Assembly (NCBI GenBank): GCA_963790025.1
Contig: CAWBMP010000004.1
Location: 864,001-928,000 of the forward strand
DNA: 64,000 bases
From: Nitrospirota bacterium
GTDB taxonomy: Bacteria > Nitrospirota > Thermodesulfovibrionia > Thermodesulfovibrionales > Dissulfurispiraceae
Direction of reading: 5' to 3'
A program made the position numbers and the translations under genes. The first letter of the stretch is position 1, and every line of letters begins with the position of its first letter. The notes below the pieces were generated by a model, which made no database searches, had not been told where the DNA came from, and worked only from the letters and a program-made list of their open reading frames with translations. Below, piece after piece: positions 10,808 to 20,560 of this stretch.

Positions 10808-11290
10808 ATGCCCAAGTTCAAGTGGATACTCGTTGCGGTTTTATTTCTGGTTGCGGTGCAACCGGGTTTCGCTGATGATAGATCTCAGGTTCAAGGTATA
10901 TGGAAACTGGTTTCCTACAAAGTCGAGATTCAAGCCACTGGCCAAAAAGAATCCCCCATGGGACAAAACCCGACTGGTTATGTGATTTTTACACCCGAGG
11001 GGAGGGTATTTTTTATCCTTGCGGCAGAAGGACGGAAACCGGCTAAAACCGTTCAGAATCGTGCCGACTTGCTGAACAGCCTAGTTGCATATACCGGTAC
11101 GTACAGCATGAAAGGAGATAAGTGGATTACAAAGGTCGAGGTTGCCTGGAATCCTGAATGGATCGGCACTGAACAAGAACGTTTTTTTAAGGTGGATCAG
11201 GACCAACTTCAAGTCTTCACTCCGTGGCGAGTTATGCCTAACTGGGCAGAAAAGGGGATGACCAGGAGCATTATTATCTTCGAACGATAG
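10808..11290 (+). CDS. Secreted lipocalin-like domain protein
   Basis: Signal peptide; GxWKLVS, G..IFT.EG and AYTGTY pattern. Confidence 0.7.
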   Translation: MPKFKWILVAVLFLVAVQPGFADDRSQVQGIWKLVSYKVEIQATGQKESPMGQNPTGYVIFTPEGRVFFILAAEGRKPAKTVQNRADLLNSLVAYTGTYSMKGDKWITKVEVAWNPEWIGTEQERFFKVDQDQLQVFTPWRVMPNWAEKGMTRSIIIFER

Positions 11291-11421
11291 CATTGACATA
11301 AAATTATGGCAATCTAACAAGGCCATCAAGCGGCCTGTCGGTACAACTTTGCTGTGAGCACATGTTAAAAAAAGGGCAGGTCTGTTATGCAGACCCGCCC
11401 CCTAGCACAACGCTCCGGTTT

Positions 11422-11877
11422 TTATGGAATCTTCGCAGTAATTCTTAATTTCAATTCGTTCATTTGAGTGGCCATTTTCTTGTGTTTCTTTTCATCTTCC
11501 AGTATAAGCCTCAGCATCTGGGTAACTATGGTGTCATGGCTTAATGCAATTGCTTTTGTAGCAGTGTCAATCGATTTCTTCTCAAGCGCGATATGTTTGT
11601 TCAGCAGAGATGAAACGCCTGCAAGGTCTTCCGGGGCAAGCACAAAACCCTGCTTGGTCAAACCATCTATAACCATCTGCAGGATAGATTTATGTTTTTC
11701 CGAATCGTTCTTGATCGCGGCAGTTAAAGTTCCAATGATCGGGTTCTTTGCCTTATTAAGGATTGCCGTGCAACTTCTTATTGTTTGGTCCTCGATGCTT
11801 ACCCAACTCTTGAGCAACCTGAGCAGTTCCCTGTCGATGGATGCCCTTTTTTCCGGAGTTACTTTTTGCAATGCCAT
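11422..11877 (-). CDS. Ferritin-like (rubrerythrin-like) four-helix-bundle protein
   Basis: Two E...ExxH-like halves (IEDQT...SEKH and LEKKS...DEKKH). Confidence 0.6.
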   Translation of the reverse strand: MALQKVTPEKRASIDRELLRLLKSWVSIEDQTIRSCTAILNKAKNPIIGTLTAAIKNDSEKHKSILQMVIDGLTKQGFVLAPEDLAGVSSLLNKHIALEKKSIDTATKAIALSHDTIVTQMLRLILEDEKKHKKMATQMNELKLRITAKIP

Positions 11878-12028
11878 ACTACCTCCTATAATAAAGAATT
11901 TATTTCCCGGACTATATATTCCGGGCTATGATGTTTCATTGAATTTACAGCTCCACATTGCCAAGCCCCTTCCGTTCGTTTTTTAACATTTTATCACGAA
12001 ACCATCCAAAATAACAGCCGCTATGGCG

Positions 12029-12283
12029 TTATTCGACCGCGGGCTCATCCTCGTCAGTCAGCGGACTGCCTTCATCCGGATTAGCCTCTATCTCGGCCAA
12101 AACTTTTTTAACTTGATCCTCTGCATTCCTCAGTCTTGTTTTGCAAAGCTTCACCAGAAAGGCCGCCCTTTTAATCTTCTCTGCAAGCATGTCTACATCG
12201 ATGTCTTCAGCTTCTATCTCACTGATTATCTGTTCCAGCTCCATCAAAGCCTGGGAGTAAGCGGCTTGTTTGCTCGCGCTCAT
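12029..12283 (-). CDS. xseB: Exodeoxyribonuclease VII small subunit
   Basis: YSQALMELEQII...C...L..AE pattern; follows xseA. Confidence 0.9.
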   Translation of the reverse strand: MSASKQAAYSQALMELEQIISEIEAEDIDVDMLAEKIKRAAFLVKLCKTRLRNAEDQVKKVLAEIEANPDEGSPLTDEDEPAVE

Positions 12284-13547
12284 GGCTCCTTGTCCCCCTT
12301 TGTGTTCTTATAACACTTACAATACTTCCTTTATAAAGCGTTGTATCTATCGCAACCCCATTCCCGACAAAAGAAGCATCTTTCAGGACTTTACCGTTGT
12401 GGCGGGTAATGCTATAGCCCCTTTTGAGCACGTTCACAGGGTCCAGAAGTCTCAGCGCCTGCTCCATCGTATTGAGTGTATGCGTCCCCCGTTGTAAGCG
12501 CTGTCTTGCAGCATTCCCCATGGTACTTTGAAGCAGGAGCAGCCTGTTGATCCGGCCCGAAAGCGCCTGTCCCGGGAGGTATACAAGATGCCGGGCAAGA
12601 GAATTCAGCTTGTGGCGGAAATCCTGCAGCAGCCTTCCGGCGTATATCCTGATTCTGTTGTCAAGGTCCATAACGTTATCTTCAAAACTTCTGAGTCCCG
12701 AGACAAGGAATTCAGCAACCGCTGTAGGTGTCTTCATTCTGGTATGGGCGACAATATCCGCAACCGTGTCATCTTTTTCATGGCCTATCCCGGTAATAAC
12801 CGGAAGAGGGCATCCGGCTATATGAGCTGAGAGCGCATAATCGTCAAAACAATTCAGATCGACAGCGGAACCCCCGCCCCTGATAATGGCCACAACATCA
12901 AACAAATGCCGGTATTTCCCGATCTTTTGTAATGCTGCAACAATAGACCCCACAGCATCCTGCCCCTGCACCAGTGCAGGGAAAAGAATATGGACAAACT
13001 TATAGCCGTATGGATTGGCATCGAGCTGGTTAAAGAAATCGCCATATCCCGCAGCCGTCGGGGACGATATGACCGCAATCCTCTGTGGAACTGCAGGCAG
13101 CAGCAGGCTTTTATTCAGTTCGAGAAGGCCCTCTTTCCTCAGCCTCTCGATGACCTCCTTCCTCTTTCGCGCCATCTCCCCGAGAGTATATGTGGGATCA
13201 ATGTCTCTGATATTGAGGCTCAACCCATAGACCTCATGGAAATTCACTGAAGCAAGGAACATAATTTTCATGCCAGGCCGCAGTGACTCATTCGTAGCGG
13301 ACTGGAATTTATGGCTGATTTTCCGGTACTCATAAACCCATATGGTGGCCTTGTTTTGCGCTATAGTTCTATCATCAGCCTTTTCCACCAGTTCAAGATA
13401 GCAGTGTCCCCTCTGGTTGGATTTAAGTTCGGCTATTTCAGCAGTGACCCAGCAGGCATCAGGAAAGACACTGCCGATGGCTGACTTGATGGCAGTATTC
13501 AGTTCGTAGAGACTGAAGGCGGCATTATTCATTGATACTTCTTTCAT
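12219..13547 (-). CDS. xseA: Exodeoxyribonuclease VII large subunit
   Basis: GHCY, VQG, IIRGGGS, ITGIGHE, TPTA and LKRGYS motifs. Confidence 0.95.
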   Translation of the reverse strand: MKEVSMNNAAFSLYELNTAIKSAIGSVFPDACWVTAEIAELKSNQRGHCYLELVEKADDRTIAQNKATIWVYEYRKISHKFQSATNESLRPGMKIMFLASVNFHEVYGLSLNIRDIDPTYTLGEMARKRKEVIERLRKEGLLELNKSLLLPAVPQRIAVISSPTAAGYGDFFNQLDANPYGYKFVHILFPALVQGQDAVGSIVAALQKIGKYRHLFDVVAIIRGGGSAVDLNCFDDYALSAHIAGCPLPVITGIGHEKDDTVADIVAHTRMKTPTAVAEFLVSGLRSFEDNVMDLDNRIRIYAGRLLQDFRHKLNSLARHLVYLPGQALSGRINRLLLLQSTMGNAARQRLQRGTHTLNTMEQALRLLDPVNVLKRGYSITRHNGKVLKDASFVGNGVAIDTTLYKGSIVSVIRTQRGTRSHEREQTSRLLPGFDGAGTDNQ

Positions 13548-13606
13548 TAAGTAATTATACTATAACCTGACGACAAAACTATTTAAGCACGAGGAGAGCG
13601 GTCGCG

Positions 13607-15277
13607 ATGGGCGCAGAAATCAATAAAGTAATCTACTCAATGGTAGGCGTCAGCAAGTATTATGATAAAAAGCCGGTATTAAAAGATATTTATCTCTCAT
13701 ATTTCTATGGCGCAAAAATAGGCGTCCTCGGACTCAACGGTTCGGGGAAAAGCTCGCTTTTACGCATTCTGGCGGGAGCGGACAAAGACTTTGGCGGAGA
13801 GACGGTCGTTTCACCCGGCTACACTATCGGCTTCCTTGAACAGGAGCCGGTCCTTGACGGGAACAAAACCGTACGTGACATTGTAGAGGAAGGCATCCAG
13901 GAAATTGTTACTGCGCTCAATGAATACAATGCAATTAACGAGAAATTCTCTGAACCCATGTCCGACGATGAGATGAACAAACTGATCGAGCGTCAGGGTA
14001 GTGTCCAGGAGAAACTTGATGCACTGGATGCATGGAACCTTGATTCACATCTGGAAATGGCAATGGATGCTTTACGCTGCCCTCCGGGAGATACTCTTGT
14101 AAAGGTGCTGTCTGGAGGTGAAAGGCGCCGAGTAGCACTCTGCAGACTTTTGCTGCAAAAACCCGACATACTCCTGCTTGATGAACCGACCAACCATCTT
14201 GATGCGGAATCGGTCGCCTGGCTTGAGCACCACCTCCAAAACTATGCCGGTACCATTATTGCCGTAACGCACGACCGCTATTTTCTCGATAACGTGGCAG
14301 AATGGATACTCGAACTGGACAGAGGACAAGGTATTCCATGGAAGGGGAATTATTCGTCATGGCTTGAGCAGAAAAAGAACAGGCTAGCCCTGGAAGAGAA
14401 AAGCGAAAGCGAGCGCCAGAAAACTCTCCAGCGGGAACTTGAATGGATCCGGATGTCTCCCAAGGGACGACATGCGAAATCAAAGGCACGCATAAATTCC
14501 TATGAGTCCCTTTTCGGCCAGGACAAGGAAAAACAGGAAAAGGAACTTGAGATTTATATACCGCCGGGACCGCGTTTGGGAGATACAGTCATCGAGGCGG
14601 AAAATCTGGGCAAGGCATACGGTGATCAGGTCCTTTTTGAAGGGATGTCTTTTTCCCTGCCTCCCGGTGGGATAGTAGGTATCATCGGCCCCAACGGGGC
14701 AGGGAAAACTACACTTTTTCGCATTATTACAGGACAGGAAAAACCCGATTCAGGAACAATCAAAATCGGTGAGACAGTAAAGCTGGGCTATGTTGACCAA
14801 AGCCGCGATTACCTCGATCCCGATAAGTCCATATGGGAGACAATTTCACATGGAGAAGATACCATCCAACTCGGCAAAAAACAGGTCAGCTCCCGCGGTT
14901 ATGTGGCGCGCTTCAATTTTTCCGGTTCAGACCAGCAGAAAAAAGTGGGCACGTTGTCAGGAGGAGAAAGAAACCGCGTTCACATGGCGAGTATGCTTAA
15001 GGACGGGGCGAATGTGCTGCTGCTTGATGAGCCGACTAATGATCTTGATGTGCATACCATGCGAGCTCTTGAGGAAGCATTGGAGATTTTTGCCGGGTGT
15101 TCGGTAGTAATAAGTCATGACCGATGGTTTCTCGACAGGATTGCAACACATATTCTATCATTCGAGGGAGACGGCAAGGTTGTGTGGTTCGAAGGAAATT
15201 ATACGGATTTCGAAAGTGCCGGAGGCGGAATCGAAGAAATGTGTAAAAAAAGAGTAAGGACCCGACTGACAAGATAG
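13607..15277 (+). CDS. ettA: ABC-F translational throttle ATPase EttA
   Basis: GAKIGVLGLNGSGKS, LSGGE twice, DEPTN twice, GNYSSWLEQK, ELEWIR and PRLG. Confidence 0.93.
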   Translation: MGAEINKVIYSMVGVSKYYDKKPVLKDIYLSYFYGAKIGVLGLNGSGKSSLLRILAGADKDFGGETVVSPGYTIGFLEQEPVLDGNKTVRDIVEEGIQEIVTALNEYNAINEKFSEPMSDDEMNKLIERQGSVQEKLDALDAWNLDSHLEMAMDALRCPPGDTLVKVLSGGERRRVALCRLLLQKPDILLLDEPTNHLDAESVAWLEHHLQNYAGTIIAVTHDRYFLDNVAEWILELDRGQGIPWKGNYSSWLEQKKNRLALEEKSESERQKTLQRELEWIRMSPKGRHAKSKARINSYESLFGQDKEKQEKELEIYIPPGPRLGDTVIEAENLGKAYGDQVLFEGMSFSLPPGGIVGIIGPNGAGKTTLFRIITGQEKPDSGTIKIGETVKLGYVDQSRDYLDPDKSIWETISHGEDTIQLGKKQVSSRGYVARFNFSGSDQQKKVGTLSGGERNRVHMASMLKDGANVLLLDEPTNDLDVHTMRALEEALEIFAGCSVVISHDRWFLDRIATHILSFEGDGKVVWFEGNYTDFESAGGGIEEMCKKRVRTRLTR

Positions 15278-15423
15278 AATAAATCATACTACGGGAAATA
15301 AGGGGGCTTCGGGAGTATGCCAAAACCCAAAGTTTTAGTCAAATAAGGTAAAATAATGCCATATTGTACGGTAATGGTGGGACCTCTTTTCCCATGATAC
15401 CGGAACAGGAAAGGATGGATGAA

Positions 15424-16398
15424 ATGATGTGGATGGCAAAAAAGCTTCTGGTTCTCGCAGTGCTTCTTTTAAGTATTCCTCTGCTTTGTATTGATGCAAG
15501 GGCGGATAAGAGGATATGTGTTCTCATGTCTACTGGAGTAGACCGCTATATGGAGACCCAAAAAGGCGTTATAGACCAGCTTGCGACTGACGGCTTTAAA
15601 GAGCCGTCAGTAAAGTACATAATAGAAAATGCATTGGGCAATAAAGCGAAAGCAGCACGATTGGCCCAGAAAATTAAGTCGGAAAAACCGGATTTGATTG
15701 TTGCTATAGGCACCATTGCTGCCGTGGAACTTGCAAAGGCTATTAAGGATACGCCGATAGTCTTTGCGATGGTTTATGACCCTGTGGCAGCAGGAATAGC
15801 CAGGGACTGGAATAGTTCGGGCAATAACACTACCGGCGTCAGTCCTTCAGTGCCAATGTCACTGATTTTTAAGACCCTTAAAGAGTTTGCTCAGGTGAAG
15901 AAGTTAGCGGTACTTTACACGCCCGGTGAAAAAAATTCAGAGACCCAACTACTGGATCTTCAAAATAATCGACCTGGCTCTCAACTCAGTATAGTCCCGG
16001 TCATTCTGGCTGATAGGGACGATGTGTCCCGGAAACTCCCAAAAGTAGCGCTTGAAGCAGATGCAATTTATCTCACGGGCAGCAGTATCGTCGATTCAAC
16101 AGTGCCGATGATCTTAGATATAGCGAATAAGGCAAAAGTGATTACAATCACGCACCTGGAAGATATAGTAGAAAGGGGGGCGCTTTTGGGGATATGCTCA
16201 AATTCATATATTGTTGGCCGGCTGGGGGGCAGGAAGGCAGGAAAAATTTTGAAGGGTGCAAAACCATCATCCATTCATATAGAACGGCTGATGCAGCTGG
16301 CACAGATGGAAGTGATCTTAAACCTGAAGACCGCAAAGAGAGGAGCATTTCAAATTCCACCCGATTTTATGAAAAAAGTGACAAGGACAATTGAATGA
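15424..16398 (+). CDS. ABC-type substrate-binding protein (ABC_sub_bind-like), no cognate permease nearby
   Basis: Signal peptide; PIVFAMVYDPV, SGNNTTGVS, GAKPSSI and NLKTA. Start codon uncertain. Confidence 0.85.
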   Translation: MMWMAKKLLVLAVLLLSIPLLCIDARADKRICVLMSTGVDRYMETQKGVIDQLATDGFKEPSVKYIIENALGNKAKAARLAQKIKSEKPDLIVAIGTIAAVELAKAIKDTPIVFAMVYDPVAAGIARDWNSSGNNTTGVSPSVPMSLIFKTLKEFAQVKKLAVLYTPGEKNSETQLLDLQNNRPGSQLSIVPVILADRDDVSRKLPKVALEADAIYLTGSSIVDSTVPMILDIANKAKVITITHLEDIVERGALLGICSNSYIVGRLGGRKAGKILKGAKPSSIHIERLMQLAQMEVILNLKTAKRGAFQIPPDFMKKVTRTIE

Positions 16399-16464
16399 AG
16401 CGGAAGACTGCTATCTTTTTTGGAAGATATTTACGGTTTTTATGCTTGCTCACCTGTCGATACA

Positions 16465-17421
16465 CTACTTCACAACTGTTGCCATGTGCAGCACCTGCAC
16501 CGGAATAGTTACACCGATTTTTTTTGCGGTCGTAATGTTGATCCGGATATGCAACCGTTCAGGACGACTGGAGGGTATCTCATTCGGTTTCTTTCCATCA
16601 AGAATAGCCAGCGTCTTGACAGCAGCCATTCTCCCTAATTCTTTGTAGTCCGGGCCTATTCCCATCAATGCCTTGAAATCACTTACCATTTCCGGGAGTG
16701 AGGCAACAGTAGGAATATGAAGTTCGTTAAGCCGCGGAATAATATCTTTCGCCCTGGACATGATAAAAGAATCAGCCGGAAAAAGCACTGCATCTACTTT
16801 TTCATTAAGAGCCTTCTGAACAGCAATGGGTATCGCCTTGTCGCTATCAACAGGAATAGGTATTAATGAATACTTAAAGTCATTCTGAGACATCAACACG
16901 TCGGTAAGCTGAACTGCTGCATTCGGCTCCTTCGGGTTATACATAAAGCCAAGGCGATCGATGTGCAACACCTTGCGCATAATGATAAAAAGGCTTTCTA
17001 TCGGAACGACATTGGAAACCCCCGTCACATTGTTGCCTGAATTTTGCCAACTCTTGATTAGTCCGACTTCGACCGGCCGGGAGACGGCGTTGTACACAAT
17101 AGGGGTGTTTTTGAAGTTATCTTTTAGTTCATCAGTTACTATTGTTCCAAATGCATACAATACCCCATATTTTCTTGGTTCGATGTCGTGGATGATTTTG
17201 GCCAGTTTATTCCTGTCTTGCTTTGCATCAAAAACAGCGAACTGGAAGGCATACTTATCGGATTTCTTCAACCTTTCCAGATATGCTGTTTCCGCGTCTG
17301 TCATCCCGCGCCACAGGATCAAGGCGACAGCCGCATGCTCTTTCGACCATGATGGAACAGCGCTTACTGCAGTCAGCATCACGGCAAAAAGCAAAACACA
17401 TAACCTTAGACGTGATTTCAT
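16465..17421 (-). CDS. ABC-type substrate-binding protein (paralog of 27361-28317)
   Basis: GGAGG RBS before ATG 17421; PIVYNAVSRPV, SGNNVTGVSN and GKKPNEIP. Confidence 0.85.
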   Translation of the reverse strand: MKSRLRLCVLLFAVMLTAVSAVPSWSKEHAAVALILWRGMTDAETAYLERLKKSDKYAFQFAVFDAKQDRNKLAKIIHDIEPRKYGVLYAFGTIVTDELKDNFKNTPIVYNAVSRPVEVGLIKSWQNSGNNVTGVSNVVPIESLFIIMRKVLHIDRLGFMYNPKEPNAAVQLTDVLMSQNDFKYSLIPIPVDSDKAIPIAVQKALNEKVDAVLFPADSFIMSRAKDIIPRLNELHIPTVASLPEMVSDFKALMGIGPDYKELGRMAAVKTLAILDGKKPNEIPSSRPERLHIRINITTAKKIGVTIPVQVLHMATVVK

Positions 17422-17493
17422 ACAGCCTCCACCGTATTTTGTCGACAATTGACCTGGGGCTTATCTGCTTCTTGTCTTTTCTTGCCCTGTGTC

Positions 17494-19017
17494 CTATGTC
17501 GTCTTGATCTCATTCTCACTAAGATACTTAAGCATAGCATCTACACAGTCTCGATCAAACTGGGTCCCGGCCATATTTTTGAGTTCCTTCACTGCACTGC
17601 CTATATCAAGCGCACGCCGATATGTCCTGTTCGAGGTCATCGCATCAAATGCATCTGCAACCGCCATAATCCGCGCTCCGATATGAATTTCTTCCGCTTT
17701 CAGTCCGTCGGGATATCCGGTGCCGTCATACCTCTCATGATGACTGCGCACAACCATTCCGACTTCCTGCAGGGAAGATATCGATCTCACGATGTAGCTG
17801 CTGATCTCCGGATGTTTTCTCATCTCGAGGACTTCCTCATGGGTCAGGATACCCGCCTTGAGCAGTATATCATCCCTGACCCCGATTTTTCCAATATCAT
17901 GAAGAATAGCAGCGTCCTTTAATAAGCGCATCATATCCTCACTGAGCTTTAAATACTTTGCAATACCAATAGAATAGTTCATAACGCGCATCGAGTGTCC
18001 TCTTGTATACTCATCTCTGGACTCGAGTGCCGCAATCAAAGCCTGCACCGTATCCAGGTAACTCTGTTCCAATTTCTGGAGGCTATACTGATTATTTACA
18101 GCAATGGATGCGGTATTGGTTATAAAGGATAGAATCTGCAAGTCCTGACTGCTGAATTCTGCATTATTGACCTTATTGGTCACGTTGATCACTCCGAGAG
18201 AAATATCGCCGGCGCAAAGTTCAGCACATATCAGAGGCGCACTGATAAAGGACTTGAACTCGGCGTTGAATTTGTTTTCTACCCAGGGAGTCTCATTAAT
18301 GTCCTGAACAAGCATGGGCTTTCTATCTTGCAGTACCCTGCCCGATACATTTTTTCCAAGGGGTATTCTTATCTGGGCAGCGATATCTTCAGAAATTCCC
18401 ACGCCGGCTTTGAAGACCAGTTCCCCCTCTTCGAGCAGTAAAATCGATATTCTCTCACATTGCAGAGACTTGCGGGTAAAATCTATTGTATGATCCAGAA
18501 TTTTCTCCATACTTTTGAGGGAATTCAGCAAGTTGGCAAATTCGTAGAGGGACAGGATAGTCCGGTTTTGGGTTTCTACGACATTTTTCATATGAAACTC
18601 ATTGAGCAGCCGTTTAAGGGTAACTACAAGATCATTATGATCGGTAATCGGCTTTGTCAAATATTTATCAAGCAGATTCTCATTAATTGCGAACACGGCC
18701 GACTCCATTCCCGCGTAACCTGTGAGGAGTACTCTCATGGATGAGGGTGTTATATCACTGGCCGCTTTCAGGAAATCAAGGCCCCGCATTTTCGGCATCA
18801 TCTGATCTGTTAAGAGAAGAGCAATATTTTGGTCCTGTTTCACCAGTTCCTTTATAGTTTCCAACGCCTCGAGGGGGTTATCAAGGAACAGAAGGTTGTA
18901 TTCGTGCCCATTTTGTAATTTGCCTGAAAGCAAAACCTTGAGTGAAGTCAGGAAGTCCCTGTCATCGTCCAGGCAGACGATGAAAGATTCGTGCTTGTCA
19001 TTGTAATCATTGCTCAT
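17494..19017 (-). CDS. REC-GAF-HD-GYP c-di-GMP phosphodiesterase
   Basis: N-terminal receiver (LDDD, TDQMMP, LTGY, KP), GAF (GVINVTNK), GHS.RV, HDIGK, HHERYDGTGYP and DAFDAM. Confidence 0.93.
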   Translation of the reverse strand: MSNDYNDKHESFIVCLDDDRDFLTSLKVLLSGKLQNGHEYNLLFLDNPLEALETIKELVKQDQNIALLLTDQMMPKMRGLDFLKAASDITPSSMRVLLTGYAGMESAVFAINENLLDKYLTKPITDHNDLVVTLKRLLNEFHMKNVVETQNRTILSLYEFANLLNSLKSMEKILDHTIDFTRKSLQCERISILLLEEGELVFKAGVGISEDIAAQIRIPLGKNVSGRVLQDRKPMLVQDINETPWVENKFNAEFKSFISAPLICAELCAGDISLGVINVTNKVNNAEFSSQDLQILSFITNTASIAVNNQYSLQKLEQSYLDTVQALIAALESRDEYTRGHSMRVMNYSIGIAKYLKLSEDMMRLLKDAAILHDIGKIGVRDDILLKAGILTHEEVLEMRKHPEISSYIVRSISSLQEVGMVVRSHHERYDGTGYPDGLKAEEIHIGARIMAVADAFDAMTSNRTYRRALDIGSAVKELKNMAGTQFDRDCVDAMLKYLSENEIKTT

Positions 19018-20560
19018 ATATTACATCCGAATATGAAAATTCTACCCTGTTTTTCCCCTCGGCCTTGGCCTTATACAAGGCCTTATCCGCCCTGGCAAGC
19101 AGTTTTTCCGGGCTGTCTCCGCAGCCTGGATTATATCGCGCCACCCCTATACTTACTGTCAGGCGAACTGAATCTGGAAATTCATGGTCCTGGACCCTGA
19201 CCCGGATCCGTTCAAAAAGACCCCCGATACTTCTTTCATCCCCGCCGCTTATAAGCAATGCAAATTCCTCGCCGCCAAAACGGGCAATGATATCGGACAT
19301 CCTGGCTGCCTTCTTGCACAACATGCCGAGTTCTGCCAAAACTTTATCACCCACCAGGTGCCCGTGAGTGTCATTAATCTCTTTGAAATCGTCTATATCA
19401 GTCATGGCTAAAAACAGCGGGGCCGCGGAGCGCTCGCTGTAAGAGCATTCCCGCTCCATAAGCGAATTTAGTATAAACTTATTATAAAGGCCTGTCAAAT
19501 TATCAAAAAGAGCAAGCTGCTGCGTCTTTTGATACAGCCGCGCATTCAGAATATTGATGCCCAGTATATTCCGTATGAGTGAAGCGGCATATTGTACGAC
19601 GTCCTTGTCCTCCATAGAAGTAATACTTCCCATATTGAGCACGCCTTTAGCCACTTCACACTTATTAATAATATCAGTGGAACCGCTTGCATCGCCCACA
19701 CTGAAAGGAATAATTATTAAAGACTTACCCAGAGATTCTTTATTCAGGAAATCATAAGGTGCCTGCGTGATTTCAGGTAAAACAATAATCCTGTCTTCTC
19801 GAAATGCACACATCATCGGACTTCTGGAATCGGTATCAATCGGTATCGTGTAACTTTCTTCCAGATAGTTGCTTCTTACCATGCACAGTGCGTTTTTCTC
19901 CTCGTCCAGAAGAAATAAAGATGCATACCGCGAATTGAAAATATCCGGTATTTTGGCAATAATAAGGTCCAGGACGTCATCCAGATCCAGTCTTTTAAAG
20001 CCCTGAGACAGATAAGCAATCCTTTCAGCTGCAGAGTGCATGTCCCTTATCCTTTCGTTTTTCAGCTCGAGTTCCTTCACATACTGCTCGATCTCCTTTT
20101 CTGCGCGCTCCTTCTCTTCGTAGAAATGAAAGGTTTTTGCCGCATTAATGATAAGTGTTGCAAAACTGTCATGGTCCTCTATAGGCTTTGCTACATAATA
20201 ATCGAGAATTTTGTTATTGATGGCATATCTGGCAGATTCGACAGATGCATAGCCCGTAAGCAATATTTTTACGGCATTGGGAACTATTACATTGGCCTTC
20301 TCGATTAACTCTATGCCCGTCATTGACGGCATCATCTGGTCACTGACAATTACTGCTATTTTTTCATCTTCTTCCTTAAGTTCCTGGATAAACGCCAGGC
20401 CCTCGTTTGCGTCATTTATCAAATGCCTATCGAGCTCCAAAAACTTAGAATTCGCAATGAGTCGATTGGATAATGCGATATTCAGAGAATTAAGAAAATC
20501 CTTGTCATCATCGATGAACAAGATATGATAAGGACAATTATTCAATTTTCCATCCTCCAT
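19007..20560 (-). CDS. REC-GAF-GGDEF diguanylate cyclase
   Basis: Receiver (IDDD, SDQMMP), DNLTGLYN, DIDDFKEINDTHGH, RxxD I-site (RMSD) and GGEEF. Start uncertain (20545-20566). Confidence 0.93.
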   Translation of the reverse strand: MEDGKLNNCPYHILFIDDDKDFLNSLNIALSNRLIANSKFLELDRHLINDANEGLAFIQELKEEDEKIAVIVSDQMMPSMTGIELIEKANVIVPNAVKILLTGYASVESARYAINNKILDYYVAKPIEDHDSFATLIINAAKTFHFYEEKERAEKEIEQYVKELELKNERIRDMHSAAERIAYLSQGFKRLDLDDVLDLIIAKIPDIFNSRYASLFLLDEEKNALCMVRSNYLEESYTIPIDTDSRSPMMCAFREDRIIVLPEITQAPYDFLNKESLGKSLIIIPFSVGDASGSTDIINKCEVAKGVLNMGSITSMEDKDVVQYAASLIRNILGINILNARLYQKTQQLALFDNLTGLYNKFILNSLMERECSYSERSAAPLFLAMTDIDDFKEINDTHGHLVGDKVLAELGMLCKKAARMSDIIARFGGEEFALLISGGDERSIGGLFERIRVRVQDHEFPDSVRLTVSIGVARYNPGCGDSPEKLLARADKALYKAKAEGKNRVEFSYSDVIYEQ

